44,162 nucleotides of DNA from a virus (lineage: Duplodnaviria > Heunggongvirae > Uroviricota > Caudoviricetes), in the IMG/VR virus record IMGVR_UViG_2541047704_000003; one strand, 5' to 3'. Under the pieces are notes generated by a model. It did no database searches and had not been told where the DNA came from. It worked only from the letters and a program-made list of their open reading frames with translations. Shown piece by piece: positions 28,639-37,979 of this stretch (the first letter of the stretch is position 1; each line of letters starts with the position of its first letter). The translations under genes were made by a program, and so were the position numbers.

Positions 28639-29667
28639 ATGGGATTGTTTACGACCCGCCAGTTACTCGGTTATACCGAACAAAAAGTTAAATTTCGTGC
28701 GCTGTTTCTGGAGCTGTTTTTCCGCCGTACGGTGAATTTCCATACCGAAGAGGTGATGCTGGACAAAATTACCGGAAAAACGCCGGTGGCGGCCTATGTC
28801 TCCCCGGTTGTTGAAGGAAAAGTGCTGCGTCATCGTGGTGGTGAAACCCGCGTGTTGCGTCCGGGCTACGTCAAGCCGAAACACGAATTTAATTACCAGC
28901 AGGCGGTTGAGCGCCTTCCTGGTGAAGATCCATCTCAACTGAATGATCCGGCTTACCGCCGTCTGCGTATCATTACCGATAACCTCAAACAGGAAGAGCA
29001 CGCGATTGTCCAGGTGGAAGAAATGCAGGCGGTAAATGCTGTGTTGTATGGCAAATACACCATGGAAGGAGACCAGTTCGAGAAAATTGAGGTCGATTTT
29101 GGCAGGTCGACGAAGAATAACATCACTCAGGGTAGTGGTAAGGAGTGGTCAAAACAGGATCGTGACACGTTCGATCCTACACATGATATTGACCTCTACT
29201 GCGACCTGGCCAGCGGTCTTGTGAATATTGCCATTATGGACGGTACCGTCTGGCGTCTTCTGAATGGTTTTAAGCTGTTCCGCGAAAAACTGGATACCCG
29301 TCGCGGTTCAAATTCTCAACTCGAAACGGCAGTGAAAGATCTGGGCGCAGTGGTGTCCTTCAAGGGGTATTACGGCGATCTGGCCATTGTGGTGGCGAAA
29401 ACGTCTTATATAGCAGAAGACGGTATCGAAAAACGTTATCTTCCAGATGGCATGCTGGTTCTGGGGAATACTGCTGCAGATGGGATCCGTTGTTACGGTG
29501 CCATTCAGGATGCTCAGGCGTTGTCCGAAGGTGTGGTGGCCTCTTCCCGTTATCCGAAACACTGGCTGACGGTAGGGGATCCCGCCCGTGAATTTACCAT
29601 GACGCAGTCCGCGCCGCTGATGGTGTTGCCGGACCCGGATGAGTTTGTGGTGGTACAGGTGAAATAA
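28639..29667 (+). CDS. E: major capsid protein
   Basis: 342-aa ORF matching lambda gpE along its length (e.g. VEEMQAV.AVL.GKYTM, KLDTRRGSNS.LETAVKDLG, GDPAREFTM.QSAPLM). Confidence 0.9.
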   Translation: MGLFTTRQLLGYTEQKVKFRALFLELFFRRTVNFHTEEVMLDKITGKTPVAAYVSPVVEGKVLRHRGGETRVLRPGYVKPKHEFNYQQAVERLPGEDPSQLNDPAYRRLRIITDNLKQEEHAIVQVEEMQAVNAVLYGKYTMEGDQFEKIEVDFGRSTKNNITQGSGKEWSKQDRDTFDPTHDIDLYCDLASGLVNIAIMDGTVWRLLNGFKLFREKLDTRRGSNSQLETAVKDLGAVVSFKGYYGDLAIVVAKTSYIAEDGIEKRYLPDGMLVLGNTAADGIRCYGAIQDAQALSEGVVASSRYPKHWLTVGDPAREFTMTQSAPLMVLPDPDEFVVVQVK

Positions 29668-29674
29668 TCCGTGA

Positions 29675-29704
29675 GCGGGGGCGAAATGCCCCCGTGTCTT
29701 TTTT
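29675..29704 (+). terminator. terminator-like hairpin after major capsid gene
   Basis: GCGGGGGC-GAAAT-GCCCCCG followed by TGTCTTTTTT. Confidence 0.4.
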
Positions 29705-29718
29705 CACAGGGGGCTGAT

Positions 29719-30093
29719 ATGGCAACGAAAGAGCAAAATCTGAAACGGCTTGATGAACTGGCCCTGATTCTGGGGCGTGAGCCGGATATATCCGGGAGTG
29801 CCGCAGAGATAGCGCAGCGGGTGGCAGAATGGGAAGAGGAAATGCAGTCATCCGGCGATGATGTACAGGTTATGAATATGGATATCCGGGAGCGGGAAAC
29901 CGCGGCTCATGATGTTCGTGAGGAAACATCCGGCGCGTTAACGCGCATCAGAGTTCTGACCTGCCTCCATCTCTGTGGCGTTGATGGTGAAACGGGGGAA
30001 TCCGTTGAGCTTGCGGATGTTGGTCGGGTGATTCTGATTATGTCCTCAGATGCAAAAACACACGTTGATGGTGGAATGGCTGTTTATGCGTGA
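29719..30093 (+). CDS. FI-position head assembly/DNA-packaging protein
   Basis: 124-aa acidic ORF in the FI position between E and FII; sequence diverged from lambda FI, assignment by synteny. Confidence 0.55.
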   Translation: MATKEQNLKRLDELALILGREPDISGSAAEIAQRVAEWEEEMQSSGDDVQVMNMDIRERETAAHDVREETSGALTRIRVLTCLHLCGVDGETGESVELADVGRVILIMSSDAKTHVDGGMAVYA

Positions 30094-30439
30094 TTTTCAG
30101 AATGCCTTTGATGCCGCCCTTGCCGGGGTGGACAGTACGATTGTTGAAGTGATGGGCATCAGTGCGCAGTTCACCTCCGGTGCACAGCGTGGCGGCGAGG
30201 TTCATGGCGTTTTTGACGATCCGGAGTCGCTGGGTTTTGCCAGTAGTGGGATCCGTATTGAAGGAAGTAACCCGTCATTATTTGTGCTTACGGATACGGT
30301 TTGTGCTGTACGGCGTGGTGACACGCTGACCATTAACGGCGAGATGTTCTGGGTGGACCGTGTTTCTCCGGATGACGGAGGGAGTTGTTATCTCTGGCTC
30401 AACCGGGGGCAACCACCTGCCGCCAGCCGTCGCCGCTGA
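30086..30439 (+). CDS. FII: head-tail joining protein FII
   Basis: 117-aa frame matching lambda gpFII (C-terminus GDTLTI..E.FWVDRVSPDDGGSC.LWL.RG.PPA..RRR). Confidence 0.8.
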   Translation: MRDFQNAFDAALAGVDSTIVEVMGISAQFTSGAQRGGEVHGVFDDPESLGFASSGIRIEGSNPSLFVLTDTVCAVRRGDTLTINGEMFWVDRVSPDDGGSCYLWLNRGQPPAASRRR

Positions 30440-30450
30440 AAGGGGGATGT

Positions 30451-31029
30451 ATGGCCATAAAAGGTCTTGAGCAGGCCGTTGAAAACCTCAGCCGTATCAG
30501 CAAAACGGCAGTGCCTGGTGCCGCCGCAATGGCCATTAACCGCGTTGCTTCATCCGCGATATCGCAGTCGGCGTCACTGGTTGCCCGTGAGACAAAGGTA
30601 CGCCGGAAACTGGTAAAGGAAAGGGCCAGGCTGAAAAGGGCCACGGTCAAAAATCCGCAGGCCAGAATCAAAGTTAACCGGGGGGATTTGCCCGTAATCA
30701 GGCTGGGTAATGCGCGGGTTGTCCTTTCGCGCCGCAGGCGTCGTAAAAAGGGGCAGCGTTCATCCCTGAAAGGTGGCGGCAGCGTGCTTGTGGTGGGTAA
30801 CCGTCGTATTCCCGGCGCGTTTATTCAGCAACTGAAAAATGGCCGCTGGCATGTCATGCAGCGTGTGGCCGGGAAAAACCGTTACCCCATTGATGTGGTG
30901 AAAATTCCGATGGCGGTGCCGCTGACCACGGCGTTTAAACAGAATATTGAGCGGATACGGCGTGAGCGTCTTCCGAAAGAGCTGGGCTATGCGCTGCAGC
31001 ATCAACTGAGGATGGTAATAAAGCGATGA
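30451..31029 (+). CDS. Z: tail completion protein Z
   Basis: 192-aa frame MAIKGLEQAVENLSRISKTAVPGAAAMAINRVASS... matching lambda gpZ. Confidence 0.85.
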   Translation: MAIKGLEQAVENLSRISKTAVPGAAAMAINRVASSAISQSASLVARETKVRRKLVKERARLKRATVKNPQARIKVNRGDLPVIRLGNARVVLSRRRRRKKGQRSSLKGGGSVLVVGNRRIPGAFIQQLKNGRWHVMQRVAGKNRYPIDVVKIPMAVPLTTAFKQNIERIRRERLPKELGYALQHQLRMVIKR

Positions 31030-31421
31030 AACATACTGAATTCCGTGCAGCCGTACTGGATGCACTGGAAAAACATGACACCGGGGCGACGCTTTTTGAT
31101 GGTCGCCCCGCTGTTTTTGATGAGGCGGATTTTCCGGCAATTGCCGTTTATCTCACCGGCGCTGAATACACGGGCGAAGAGCTGGACAGCGATACCTGGC
31201 AGGCGGAGCTGCATATTGAAGTTTTCCTGCCTGCTCAGGTGCCGGATTCAGAGCTGGATTCGTGGATGGAAAGCCGGATTTATCCGGCGATGAGCGATAT
31301 CCCGGCACTGTCAGATTTGATCACCAGTATGGTGGCCAGTGGCTATGACTACCGGCGCGACGATGATGCGGGCCTGTGGAGTTCAGCCGATCTGACTTAT
31401 GTCATTACCTATGAAATGTGA
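31026..31421 (+). CDS. U: tail terminator protein U
   Basis: 131-aa ORF, same length as lambda gpU; overlaps Z stop. Confidence 0.85.
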   Translation: MKHTEFRAAVLDALEKHDTGATLFDGRPAVFDEADFPAIAVYLTGAEYTGEELDSDTWQAELHIEVFLPAQVPDSELDSWMESRIYPAMSDIPALSDLITSMVASGYDYRRDDDAGLWSSADLTYVITYEM

Positions 31422-31428
31422 GGACGAT

Positions 31429-32169
31429 ATGCCAACACCAAATCCTCTGGCACCGGTGAAAGGGGCCGGAACCACACTGTGGGTTTATAACGGGAGCGGC
31501 GACCCTTATGCAAACCCGCTTTCAGACAATGACTGGTCGCGTCTGGCAAAAATTAAAGACCTGACGCCCGGCGAACTGACCGCTGAGTCCTATGACGACA
31601 GTTATCTCGATGATGAAGATGCGGACTGGACCGCGACCGGGCAGGGGCAGAAATCCGCCGGAGATACCAGCTTCACGCTGGCGTGGATGCCCGGAGAGCA
31701 GGGGCAGCAGGCGCTGCTGGCGTGGTTTAATGAAGGTGATACCCGTGCCTATAAAATCCGCTTCCCGAACGGCACGGTCGATGTGTTCCGTGGCTGGGTC
31801 AGCAGTATCGGTAAGGCGGTGACGGCGAAGGAAGTGATCACCCGTACGGTGAAGGTCACCAATGTGGGCCGTCCGTCAATGGCAGAAGATCGCAGTACGG
31901 TGACGGCGGCAACCGGTATGACCGTGACGCCTGCCAGCTCCTCGGTGGTGAAAGGGCAGAGCACCACGCTGACCGTGGCCTTCCAGCCGGAGGGCGCAAC
32001 TGACAAGAGCTTCCGTGCGGTGTCAGCGGATAAAACAAAAGCCACCGTGTCGGTCAGTGGTATGACCATCACCGTGAACGGCGTTGCTGCAGGCAAGGTC
32101 AACATTCCGGTTGTATCCGGTAATGGTGAACTTGCTGCGGTTGCAGAAATCACTGTCACCGACAGTTAA
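31429..32169 (+). CDS. V: major tail protein V
   Basis: 246-aa frame from [20 protein letters not shown]... matching lambda gpV including C-terminal Ig-like region. Confidence 0.9.
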   Translation: MPTPNPLAPVKGAGTTLWVYNGSGDPYANPLSDNDWSRLAKIKDLTPGELTAESYDDSYLDDEDADWTATGQGQKSAGDTSFTLAWMPGEQGQQALLAWFNEGDTRAYKIRFPNGTVDVFRGWVSSIGKAVTAKEVITRTVKVTNVGRPSMAEDRSTVTAATGMTVTPASSSVVKGQSTTLTVAFQPEGATDKSFRAVSADKTKATVSVSGMTITVNGVAAGKVNIPVVSGNGELAAVAEITVTDS

Positions 32170-32184
32170 TCCGGAGAGTCAGCG

Positions 32185-32607
32185 ATGTTCCTGAAAACCG
32201 AATCATTTGAACATAACGGCGTGACCGTCACGCTTTCTGAACTGTCAGCCCTGCAGCGTATTGAGCATCTCGCCCTGATGAAACAGCAGGCAGAACAGGC
32301 GGAGTCAGACAGCAACCGGCAGGTTACTGTGGAAGACGCCATCAGAACCGGTGCTTTTGTGGTGGCGATGTCCCTGTGGCATAACCATCCGCAGAAGACA
32401 AAGCAGCCTTCCATGAATGAAGCCGTTAAACAGATTGAGCAGGAAGTGCTTACCACCTGGCCCGCGGAGGCAATTTCTCATGCTGAAAACGTGGTGTACC
32501 GGCTGTCCGGTATGTATGGGTTTGTGGTGAATGATGCCCCTGACCAGGCAGAGGACTCCGGGCCTGCAGAGCCTGTTTCTGCGGGAAAGTGTTCGACGGT
32601 GAGCTGA
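32185..32607 (+). CDS. G: tail assembly chaperone G
   Basis: 140-aa ORF in G position; ends just after slippery heptamer GGGAAAG (32583-32589). Confidence 0.85.
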   Translation: MFLKTESFEHNGVTVTLSELSALQRIEHLALMKQQAEQAESDSNRQVTVEDAIRTGAFVVAMSLWHNHPQKTKQPSMNEAVKQIEQEVLTTWPAEAISHAENVVYRLSGMYGFVVNDAPDQAEDSGPAEPVSAGKCSTVS

Positions 32608-33023
32608 GTTTTGCCCTGAAACTGGCGCGAGAGATGGGGCGACCTGACTGGCGCGCCATGCTTGCCGGGATGTCATCCACGGAGTATGCCGACTGGCACC
32701 GCTTTTACAGTACCCATTATTTTCATGATGTTCTGCTGGATATGCACTTTTCCGGGCTGACGTACACTGTGCTCAGCCTGTTTTTCAGCGATCCGGATAT
32801 GCATCCGCTGGATTTCAGTTTGCTGAACCGGCGTGAGGATGACGAAGAGCCTGAAGATGATGTGCTGATGCAGAAAGCGGCAGGGCTTACCGGAGGCGTC
32901 CGCTTTGACCCGGACGGAAATGAAGTTATCCCCGCTTCCCCGGATATGGCGGGCATGACGGAGGATGACGTAATGCTGATGACAGTATCAGAAGGGATCG
33001 CAGGAGGAGTCCGGTATGGCTGA
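32589..33023 (+). CDS. T: T-frame portion of G-T fusion, made by -1 programmed ribosomal frameshift
   Basis: ORF in -1 frame overlapping G 3' end; canonical lambda slippery sequence GGGAAAG at 32583-32589 in G frame. Confidence 0.75.
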   Translation: MFDGELSFALKLAREMGRPDWRAMLAGMSSTEYADWHRFYSTHYFHDVLLDMHFSGLTYTVLSLFFSDPDMHPLDFSLLNRREDDEEPEDDVLMQKAAGLTGGVRFDPDGNEVIPASPDMAGMTEDDVMLMTVSEGIAGGVRYG

Positions 33024-35577
33024 ACCGGTAGGCGATCTGGTCGTTGATTTAAGTCTGGATGCGGCCAGATTTGACGAGCAGATGGCCAGAGTCAGGCGTC
33101 ATTTTTCCGGTACGGAAAGTGATGCGAAAAAAACAGCGGCAGTCGTTGAACAGTCGCTGAGCCGACAGGCGCTGGCTGCACAGAAAGCGGGGATTTCCGT
33201 CGGGCAGTATAAAGCCGCCATGCGTATGCTGCCTGCACAGTTCACCGACGTGGCCACGCAGCTTGCAGGCGGGCAAAGCCCGTGGCTGATCCTGCTGCAA
33301 CAGGGTGGTCAGGTTAAGGACTCCTTCGGCGGGATGATCCCCATGTTCCGGGGGCTTGCCGGTGCGATCACCCTGCCGATGGTCGGGGCCACCTCGCTGG
33401 CGGTGGCGACCGGTGCGCTGGCGTATGCCTGGTATCAGGGTAACTCAACCCTGTCCGATTTCAACAAAACGCTGGTCCTTTCCGGCAATCAGTCGGGTCT
33501 GACGGCAGATCGTATGCTGGTCCTGTCCAGAGCCGGGCAGGCGGCAGGGCTGACGTTTAACCAGACCAGCGAGTCACTCAGCGCACTGGTTAAGGCGGGA
33601 GTAAGCGGTGAGGCTCAGATTGCATCCATCAGCCAGAGTGTGGCGCGTTTCTCCTCTGCATCCGGCGTGGAGGTGGACAAGGTCGCTGAAGCCTTCGGGA
33701 AGCTGACCACTGACCCGACGTCGGGGCTGACGGCGATGGCGCGCCAGTTCCATAACGTAACGGCGGAGCAGATTGCGTATGTTGCTCAGTTGCAGCGTTC
33801 CGGCGATGAATCCGGGGCATTGCAGGCGGCGAACGAGGCCGCAACGAAAGGGTTTGATGACCAGACCCGACGCCTGAAAGAGAACATGGGCACGCTGGAA
33901 ACCTGGGCAGACAGGACAGCACGGGCATTCAAATCCATGTGGGATGCGGTGCTGGATATTGGTCGTCCTGATACCGCTCAGGAGATGCTGATTAAGGCAG
34001 AGGCTGCGTTTAAGAAAGCGGACGACATCTGGAATCTGCGCAAGGATGATTATTTTGTTAACGATGAAGCGCGGGCGCGTTACTGGGATGATCGTGAAAA
34101 GGCCCGTCTTGCGCTTGAAGCCGCCCGAAAGAAGGCTGAACAGCAGAGTCAACAGGACAAAAATGCGCAGCAGCAGAGCGATACCGAAGCATCACGGCTG
34201 AAATATACCGAAGAGGCGCAGAAGGCTTACGAACGGCTGCAGACACCGCTGGAGAAATATACCGCCCGTCAGGAAGAACTGAACAAGGCACTGAAAGACG
34301 GGAAAATCCTGCAGGCAGATTACAACACGCTGATGGCGGCGGCGAAAAAGGATTATGAAGCGACGCTGAAAAAGCCGAAACAGTCCGGCGTGAAGGTGTC
34401 TGCGGGCGATCGTCAGGAAGACAGTGCTCATGCTGCCCTGCTGACGCTTCAGGCTGAACTCCGGACGCTGGAGAAGCATGCCGGAGCAAATGAGAAAATC
34501 AGCCAGCAGCGCCGGGATTTGTGGAAGGCGGAGAGTCAGTTCGCGGTACTGGAGGAGGCGGCGCAACGTCGCCAGCTGTCTGCACAGGAGAAATCCCTGC
34601 TGGCGCATAAAGATGAGACGCTGGAGTACAAACGCCAGCTGGCTGCACTTGGCGACAAGGTTACGTATCAGGAGCGCCTGAACGCGCTGGCGCAGCAGGC
34701 GGATAAATTCGCACAGCAGCAACGGGCAAAACGGGCCGCTATTGATGCGAAAAGCCGGGGGCTGACTGACCGGCAGGCAGAACGGGAAGCCACGGAACAG
34801 CGCCTGAAGGAACAGTATGGCGATAATCCTCTGGCGCTGAATAACGTCATGTCAGAGCAGAAAAAGACCTGGGCGGCTGAAGACCTGCTTCGCGGGAACT
34901 GGATGGCAGGCCTGAAGTCCGGCTGGAGTGAGTGGGAAGAGAGTGCCACGGACAGTATGTCGCAGGTTAAAAGTGCTGCCACGCAGACCTTTGATGGTAT
35001 TGCGCAGAATATGGCGGCGATGCTGACCGGCAGTGAACAGAACTGGCGCAGCTTCACCCGTTCCGTGCTGTCCATGATGACAGAAATTCTGCTTAAGCAG
35101 GCAATGGTGGGGATTGTCGGGAGTATCGGCAGCGCTATTGGCGGGGCTGTTGGTGGCGGCGCATCCGCGTCAGGCGGTACAGCCATTCAGGCCGCTGCGG
35201 CGAAACTCCATTTTGCAACCGGAGGATTTACGGGAACCGGCGGCAAATATGAGCCAGCGGGGATTGTTCACCGTGGTGAATTTGTCTTCACGAAGGAGGC
35301 AACCAGCCGGATTGGCGTGGGAAATCTCTACCGGCTGATGCGCGGCTATGCCACCGGCGGTTATGTCGGTGGCACCGGAAGTCCGGCGCAAATGCGGCGT
35401 TCAGAGGGTATCAGGTTTGAGCAGAACAACAACGTGGTGATTCAGAACGACGGTACGAATGGTCTGCCAGGTCCACAGATGATGAAGGCGGTGTATGACA
35501 TGGCCCGCAAGGGTGCCCGTGATGAAATCCAGGCACAGATGCGCGATGGTGGTCTGTTCTCCGGAGGTGGACGATGA
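33016..35577 (+). CDS. H: tail tape-measure protein
   Basis: 853-aa ORF, same length as lambda gpH; coiled-coil-rich central region. Confidence 0.9.
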   Translation: MAEPVGDLVVDLSLDAARFDEQMARVRRHFSGTESDAKKTAAVVEQSLSRQALAAQKAGISVGQYKAAMRMLPAQFTDVATQLAGGQSPWLILLQQGGQVKDSFGGMIPMFRGLAGAITLPMVGATSLAVATGALAYAWYQGNSTLSDFNKTLVLSGNQSGLTADRMLVLSRAGQAAGLTFNQTSESLSALVKAGVSGEAQIASISQSVARFSSASGVEVDKVAEAFGKLTTDPTSGLTAMARQFHNVTAEQIAYVAQLQRSGDESGALQAANEAATKGFDDQTRRLKENMGTLETWADRTARAFKSMWDAVLDIGRPDTAQEMLIKAEAAFKKADDIWNLRKDDYFVNDEARARYWDDREKARLALEAARKKAEQQSQQDKNAQQQSDTEASRLKYTEEAQKAYERLQTPLEKYTARQEELNKALKDGKILQADYNTLMAAAKKDYEATLKKPKQSGVKVSAGDRQEDSAHAALLTLQAELRTLEKHAGANEKISQQRRDLWKAESQFAVLEEAAQRRQLSAQEKSLLAHKDETLEYKRQLAALGDKVTYQERLNALAQQADKFAQQQRAKRAAIDAKSRGLTDRQAEREATEQRLKEQYGDNPLALNNVMSEQKKTWAAEDLLRGNWMAGLKSGWSEWEESATDSMSQVKSAATQTFDGIAQNMAAMLTGSEQNWRSFTRSVLSMMTEILLKQAMVGIVGSIGSAIGGAVGGGASASGGTAIQAAAAKLHFATGGFTGTGGKYEPAGIVHRGEFVFTKEATSRIGVGNLYRLMRGYATGGYVGGTGSPAQMRRSEGIRFEQNNNVVIQNDGTNGLPGPQMMKAVYDMARKGARDEIQAQMRDGGLFSGGGR

Positions 35578-35903
35578 AAACCTTCCGCTGGAAAGTGAAA
35601 CCCGGGATGGATGTGACATCGGCTCCTTCCGTCAGGGAGGTGCGCTTTGGTGATGGCTATTCCCAGCGTGCGCCTGCCGGGCTGAACGCTGACCTGAAAA
35701 CGTACAGCGTGACGCTGTCTGTCTCCCGTGAGGAGGCCACGGCGCTGGAGTCGTTTCTGGCTGAGCACGGGGGCTGGAAGGCCTTTCTGTGGACGCCGCC
35801 TTATGGTTACAGGCAGATAAAGGTGACCTGCGCAAAATGGTCGTCGCGGGTCAGTATGCTGCGTGTTGAGTTCAGCGCAGAGTTTGAACAGGTGGTGAAC
35901 TGA
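35574..35903 (+). CDS. M: tail tip protein M
   Basis: 109-aa ORF, same size and position as lambda gpM. Confidence 0.85.
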   Translation: MKTFRWKVKPGMDVTSAPSVREVRFGDGYSQRAPAGLNADLKTYSVTLSVSREEATALESFLAEHGGWKAFLWTPPYGYRQIKVTCAKWSSRVSMLRVEFSAEFEQVVN

Positions 35904-36601
35904 TGCAGGATATCCGGCAGGAAACATTGAATGAATGCACCCGTGCGGAGCAGTCGGCCAGCGTGGTGCTCTGGGAAATCGATCTGACAGAGGTCGGTGG
36001 AGAACGTTATTTTTTCTGTAATGAGCAGAACGAAAAAGGTGAGCCGGTCACCTGGCAGGGGCGACAGTATCAGCCGTATCCCATTCAGGGGAGTAGTTTT
36101 GAACTGAATGGCAAAGGCACCAGTACGCGCCCCACGCTGACGGTTTCTAACCTGTACGGTATGGTCACCGGGATGGTGGAAGATCTGCAGAGTCTGGTCG
36201 GCGGAACGGTGGTCAGGCGTAAGGTTTACGCCCGTTTTCTGGATGCGGTGAACTTCGTCAACGGAAACAGCGACGCCGATCCGGAGCAGGAGGTGATCAG
36301 CCGCTGGCGCATCGAGCAGTGCAGCGAACTGAGTGCGGTCAGTGCCTCCTTTGTACTGTCCACACCGACGGAAACGGATGGTGCCGTTTTTCCGGGGCGC
36401 ATCATGCTGGCTAATACCTGCACCTGGACCTATCGCGGTGATGAGTGCGGTTATCACGGTCCGGCGGTCGCGGATGAATATGATCAGCCGACTTCCGATA
36501 TCACGAAGGATAAATGCAGCAAATGCCTGAGCGGCTGTAAGTTTCGCAATAACGTCGGCAACTTTGGCGGCTTCCTTTCCATTAACAAACTTTCGCAGTA
36601 A
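35903..36601 (+). CDS. L: tail tip protein L
   Basis: 232-aa ORF, same size as lambda gpL; C-terminal Cys cluster. Confidence 0.85.
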   Translation: MQDIRQETLNECTRAEQSASVVLWEIDLTEVGGERYFFCNEQNEKGEPVTWQGRQYQPYPIQGSSFELNGKGTSTRPTLTVSNLYGMVTGMVEDLQSLVGGTVVRRKVYARFLDAVNFVNGNSDADPEQEVISRWRIEQCSELSAVSASFVLSTPTETDGAVFPGRIMLANTCTWTYRGDECGYHGPAVADEYDQPTSDITKDKCSKCLSGCKFRNNVGNFGGFLSINKLSQ

Positions 36602-36606
36602 ATCCC

Positions 36607-37350
36607 ATGACAGAGACAGAATCAGCGATTCTGGCGCATGCCCGGCGATGTGCGCCAGCGGAGTCGTGCGGCTTCGTGGTGAGAGCGCCGGAGGGGGAAA
36701 GATATTTTCCCTGCGTGAATATCTCCGGTGAGCCGGAGGCGTATTTCCGGATGGCTCCGGAGGACTGGCTGCAGGCAGAGATGCAGGGTGAGATTGTGGC
36801 GCTGGTCCACAGTCATCCCGGTGGTCTGCCCTGGCTGAGTGAGGCCGACCGGCGGCTGCAGGTGCAGAGTGATTTGCCGTGGTGGCTGGTCTGCCGGGGG
36901 GCGATTCATAAGTTCCGCTGTGTGCCGCATCTCACCGGGCGGCGCTTTGAGCACGGGGTGACGGACTGTTACACGCTGTTCCGGGACGCTTACCATCTGG
37001 CGGGGATTGAGATGCCGGACTTTCATCGTGAGGATGACTGGTGGCGTAACGGCCAGAATCTCTATCTTGATAATCTGGAGGCCACAGGGCTGTATCAGGT
37101 GCCGTTGTCAGCGGCGCAGCCGGGCGATGTGCTGCTGTGCTGCTTTGGTTCATCGGTGCCGAATCATGCCGCTATTTACTGTGGTGACGGCGAGCTGCTG
37201 CACCATATTCCTGAACAACTGAGTAAACGAGAGAGGTATACCGACAAATGGCAGCGACGCACACACTCCCTCTGGCGTCACCGGGCATGGCGCGCATCTG
37301 CCTTTACGGGGATTTACAACGATTTGGCCGCCGCATCGACCTTCGTGTGA
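36607..37350 (+). CDS. K: tail tip assembly protein K (JAB/MPN plus NlpC/P60-like)
   Basis: ORF in K position with HSHP metal-binding motif (ALVHSHPGG) and Cys-His hydrolase-like C-terminal part; 3' end overlaps I in another frame; exact end taken from track. Confidence 0.8.
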   Translation: MTETESAILAHARRCAPAESCGFVVRAPEGERYFPCVNISGEPEAYFRMAPEDWLQAEMQGEIVALVHSHPGGLPWLSEADRRLQVQSDLPWWLVCRGAIHKFRCVPHLTGRRFEHGVTDCYTLFRDAYHLAGIEMPDFHREDDWWRNGQNLYLDNLEATGLYQVPLSAAQPGDVLLCCFGSSVPNHAAIYCGDGELLHHIPEQLSKRERYTDKWQRRTHSLWRHRAWRASAFTGIYNDLAAASTFV

Positions 37351-37919
37351 AAACGGGGGCTGAAGCCATCCGCGCACTGGCCACACAGCTCCCGGTGTTT
37401 CGTCAGAAACTGAGCGACGGCTGGTATCAGGTACGGATTGCCGGGCGGGACGTCAGCACGTCCGGGTTAACGGCGCAGTTACATGAGACTCTGCCTGATG
37501 GCGCTGTGATTCATATTGTTCCCAGAGTCGCCGGGGCCAAGTCAGGTGGCGTATTCCAGATTGTCCTGGGGGCTGCCGCCATTGCCGGATCATTCTTTAC
37601 CGCCGGAGCCACCCTTGCAGCATGGGGGGCAGCCATTGGGGCCGGTGGTATGACCGGCATCCTGTTTTCTCTCGGTGCCAGTATGGTGCTCGGTGGTGTG
37701 GCGCAGATGCTGGCACCGAAAGCCAGAACTCCCCGTACACAGACAACGGATAACGGCAAACAGAACACCTATTTCTCCTCACTGGATAACATGGTTGCCC
37801 AGGGCAATGTTCTGCCGGTTCTGTACGGTGAAATGCGCGTGGGGTCACGCGTGGTTTCTCAGGAGATCAGCACGGCAGACGAAGGGGATGGTGGTCAGGT
37901 TGTGGTGATTGGTCGCTGA
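37248..37919 (+). CDS. I: tail tip assembly protein I
   Basis: 223-aa ORF matching lambda gpI including Gly/Ala-rich hydrophobic C-terminal region. Confidence 0.85.
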   Translation: MAATHTLPLASPGMARICLYGDLQRFGRRIDLRVKTGAEAIRALATQLPVFRQKLSDGWYQVRIAGRDVSTSGLTAQLHETLPDGAVIHIVPRVAGAKSGGVFQIVLGAAAIAGSFFTAGATLAAWGAAIGAGGMTGILFSLGASMVLGGVAQMLAPKARTPRTQTTDNGKQNTYFSSLDNMVAQGNVLPVLYGEMRVGSRVVSQEISTADEGDGGQVVVIGR

Positions 37920-37937
37920 TGCAAAATGTTTTATGTG

Positions 37938-37962
37938 AAACCGCCTCCGGGCGGTTTTATCG
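37938..37962 (+). terminator. terminator-like hairpin between I and J
   Basis: AAACCGCC-TCCG-GGCGGTTT followed by TATCGTTTAT. Confidence 0.35.
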
Positions 37963-37979
37963 TTTATGGAGCATGAGGA